The position numbers and the translations under genes are program-made. Below are positions 35,653 through 37,673 of a DNA stretch of 37,673 bases, one piece after another. The stretch's first letter is position 1. The number at the start of each line of letters is the position of its first letter. The DNA comes from Salpingoeca rosetta (lineage: Eukaryota; Protista; Choanoflagellata): contig JAWQFM010000032.1 in NCBI GenBank assembly GCA_033442325.1, forward strand, positions 680,117 to 717,789. Direction: 5' to 3'. The notes beneath the pieces are model-generated. The model had not been told where the DNA came from. It ran no database searches and was given only the letters and a program-made list of their open reading frames with translations.

Positions 35653-37673
35653 CCAGGCTCGACGTCAGCGGTGGTCGGGCTGCACCGGGGCGATGAGGCG
35701 GGACAAGGCGTCAGCACGACGTTCTCTGTGCCTGGCTTGTGAACGACGTCGAAGTCCATGTCCTGAAGGGCGAGCGCCCAGCGGCCCAAGCGGCCAGTCG
35801 GGTCCTTGAGGTTGCGAAGCCACTGCAGGGCGCGGTGGTCGGTGACGACGGTGAACCGCTGGCCATGGAGGTAGGGGCGGAACTTCTTGACCGCCCAGAC
35901 CAGCGCAAGACACTCCTGCTCTGTCACTGAGTACTTGCGTTCAGCCTTGTTCAGTACGCGCGAGATGAAGGCGACGGGGCGAAGCTTGCCGTCGCCGTCC
36001 TGGCGCTGCTGCAGCACAGCACCGAGACCCACACCGGATGCGTCGGTGGCGAGGGTGAACGGGCGGGCGAAGTCAGGGTAGACCAGCACCGGGGACGAGG
36101 CGAGCGCAGCCTTCAGGCGACGGAACGCCACCTGCTGCGGCTCGCCAAACTTGAACTCAGTGCCGTCACGAAGTAGCGCGTACAGCGGTGCCCCGATCTC
36201 GGCGAACTTGTCGACAAAACGGCGGTAGAACCCAGCCATGCCGAGAAAGGCGCGCAGCTCGCGCACGTCCTTGGGCGCCGGCATGCTGAAGATGGCGTCG
36301 ATCTTGGCCGGGTTGGGCTTGACCCCGTGCTTGGACACCAGGTGCCCGAGATACTCCAGCTCGTCCTGGATGAAGCTGCACTTGTCGCGCCGCAGCTGTA
36401 GGTTGACCGCACGAAGGCGCTCGAGGACAGTGCGCAGAGTGGCCAGATGAGCGTCGAAGGTCGGCGAGAAGATGACGATGTCGTCCAGGTACATGCTCAC
36501 ACCGGCGACGTCAGCGAGTACGGTGTTAATACAGCGCTGGAAATGGCCCGGTGCATTGCGCAGACCGAAGGGGACGACGGTGTATTCAAACACACCGTTC
36601 TTGGTGACGAAGGCGGTCTTGGAGCAGTCGTCGGGGTGCAGCGGTACTTGGTGGTACGCAGAGGCCAGGTCCAGGCTACTGAAGAACTTGGCACCCGCCA
36701 TGGCCTCCAGGGTGTCGTCCAGGCGCGGGAGCGGGTAAGCGTCGGGAACGCTGACGGCGTTCAAGCGGCGATAGTCAACGACAAGCCGGTACTCGCCTGT
36801 CTTCTTCTTGATGAGGATCACGGGGGACGCCCATGGCGAGAAGGACGGACGCACTATGCCAGCAGCGATGTGGTCCTTGACGATGCGCTCGACCACCTCG
36901 CTCTCGTGGTGAGAGAGGCGGTAGGGGCGGCGTGCTACAGGTGGTGTGTCGCCTGTCTCGATGCGCATGCTGGGGAGCATGGCCTTGGTCAAGGGCTCTC
37001 CAGGCTTGGCGAACGCGTCCTTAAACTCCTCGAGCAGCCGCTGGAGCTGGTGCTGTTGGCCGCGCGAGAGCATCGACGCAGCGACTTGGGTGGGTGCATC
37101 AGCGGTGTCCACTGCGTTGACGTCCGCTTGCACGGCGTTGCCCTCTGGCAGGATTAGGCAGCGATCGGCAACGTCAACGAGGGCGCGCATGGCGCTGAGG
37201 ATGTCGGCACCCAGCAGCACAGCATGGGCGAGGCGATCAACGACGATGACGCTGTGACGAAGCTGCGCCGTGCCGATGGTGAAGAGGCAGTCGGTCGTTC
37301 CGAGCACCTTGAGCACACCCTGATCAGCGGTGCGGAGAACGGCGTCGGAAGAGTTGAGCGGGCCGTCGCGGCCCCGGCGATACACGTCGCTGGACATGAG
37401 CGTGACGCTGGCGCCCGTGTCTATGAGGGCGCTGATGCGGTCGCCGTTGACGTCGATGGGGACCCTCAGCGACACCCCACCGCGCACCTGTGCGGCACAC
37501 ACGTCAGCGTCGGGCGGCGTCTCAATGTCATCCGTGTCAACGGCGTGCACTCCGCGGCGACTCCGCTGTGGCCCGTTACGCCGCTGCTCGGCGCCTTGCG
37601 CTTCATGCAGTCCTTGATCACGTGACCGGGTTTCTTGCAGTAGAAGCAGCGGACGATGCGAGGGTTGTCGTCG
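35653..37673 (-). mobile_element. Second copy of the same gypsy family (zinc knuckle-PR-RT-RNase H), running off the window
   Basis: Essentially identical to 30946-32969 except for a few indels and substitutions near its two ends. Confidence 0.95.

Noticed and set aside
35653-35720. Frameshifts in gypsy copy 2, and in copia A near 21540-21598, as inactivating mutations
   Set aside because: They cluster at contig edges next to N gaps, so low-quality base calls are more likely.
34518-37550. 1010-aa minus-strand ORF
   Set aside because: It is an artefact of reading through a run of Ns, joining gypsy pol to an unrelated copia gag fragment and LTR sequence.

Overview
Eukaryotic genomic DNA with GC-rich exons, microsatellite-filled GT-AG introns and several N gaps. 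The style and gene content suggest a choanoflagellate, probably Salpingoeca rosetta (inference, not database-checked). The window has two halves. Positions 1-16.9 kb hold four host genes, whose spliced structures I reconstructed by hand: (1) the 3' part of a multi-SH3/DPF-motif adaptor; (2) a 731-aa type I membrane protein combining a bacterial-type SGNH hydrolase, an apparently extracellular TLDc domain, a Thr-rich stalk, a TM helix and a short tail; (3) a 1258-aa LRR receptor-like TKL kinase; and (4) a minus-strand ARM/HEAT-like repeat protein. Positions 17-37.7 kb are an abruptly starting nest of transposable elements. The first ~3 kb are LTR fragments and DNA-transposon debris. Beyond that lie nested Ty1/copia elements (at least 3 families) and a Ty3/gypsy element with identical LTRs plus a second copy, and every retroelement coding segment is on the minus strand. 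The most notable signals are: a 5'-(UG)/3'-(AC) polarity in introns whose acceptors lack a pyrimidine tract; a 9-mer (TGTTCATTC) shared by all five otherwise unrelated LTR families; the SGNH-TLDc surface protein; and two apparently full-length LTR elements without TSDs whose flanks come from different host positions.
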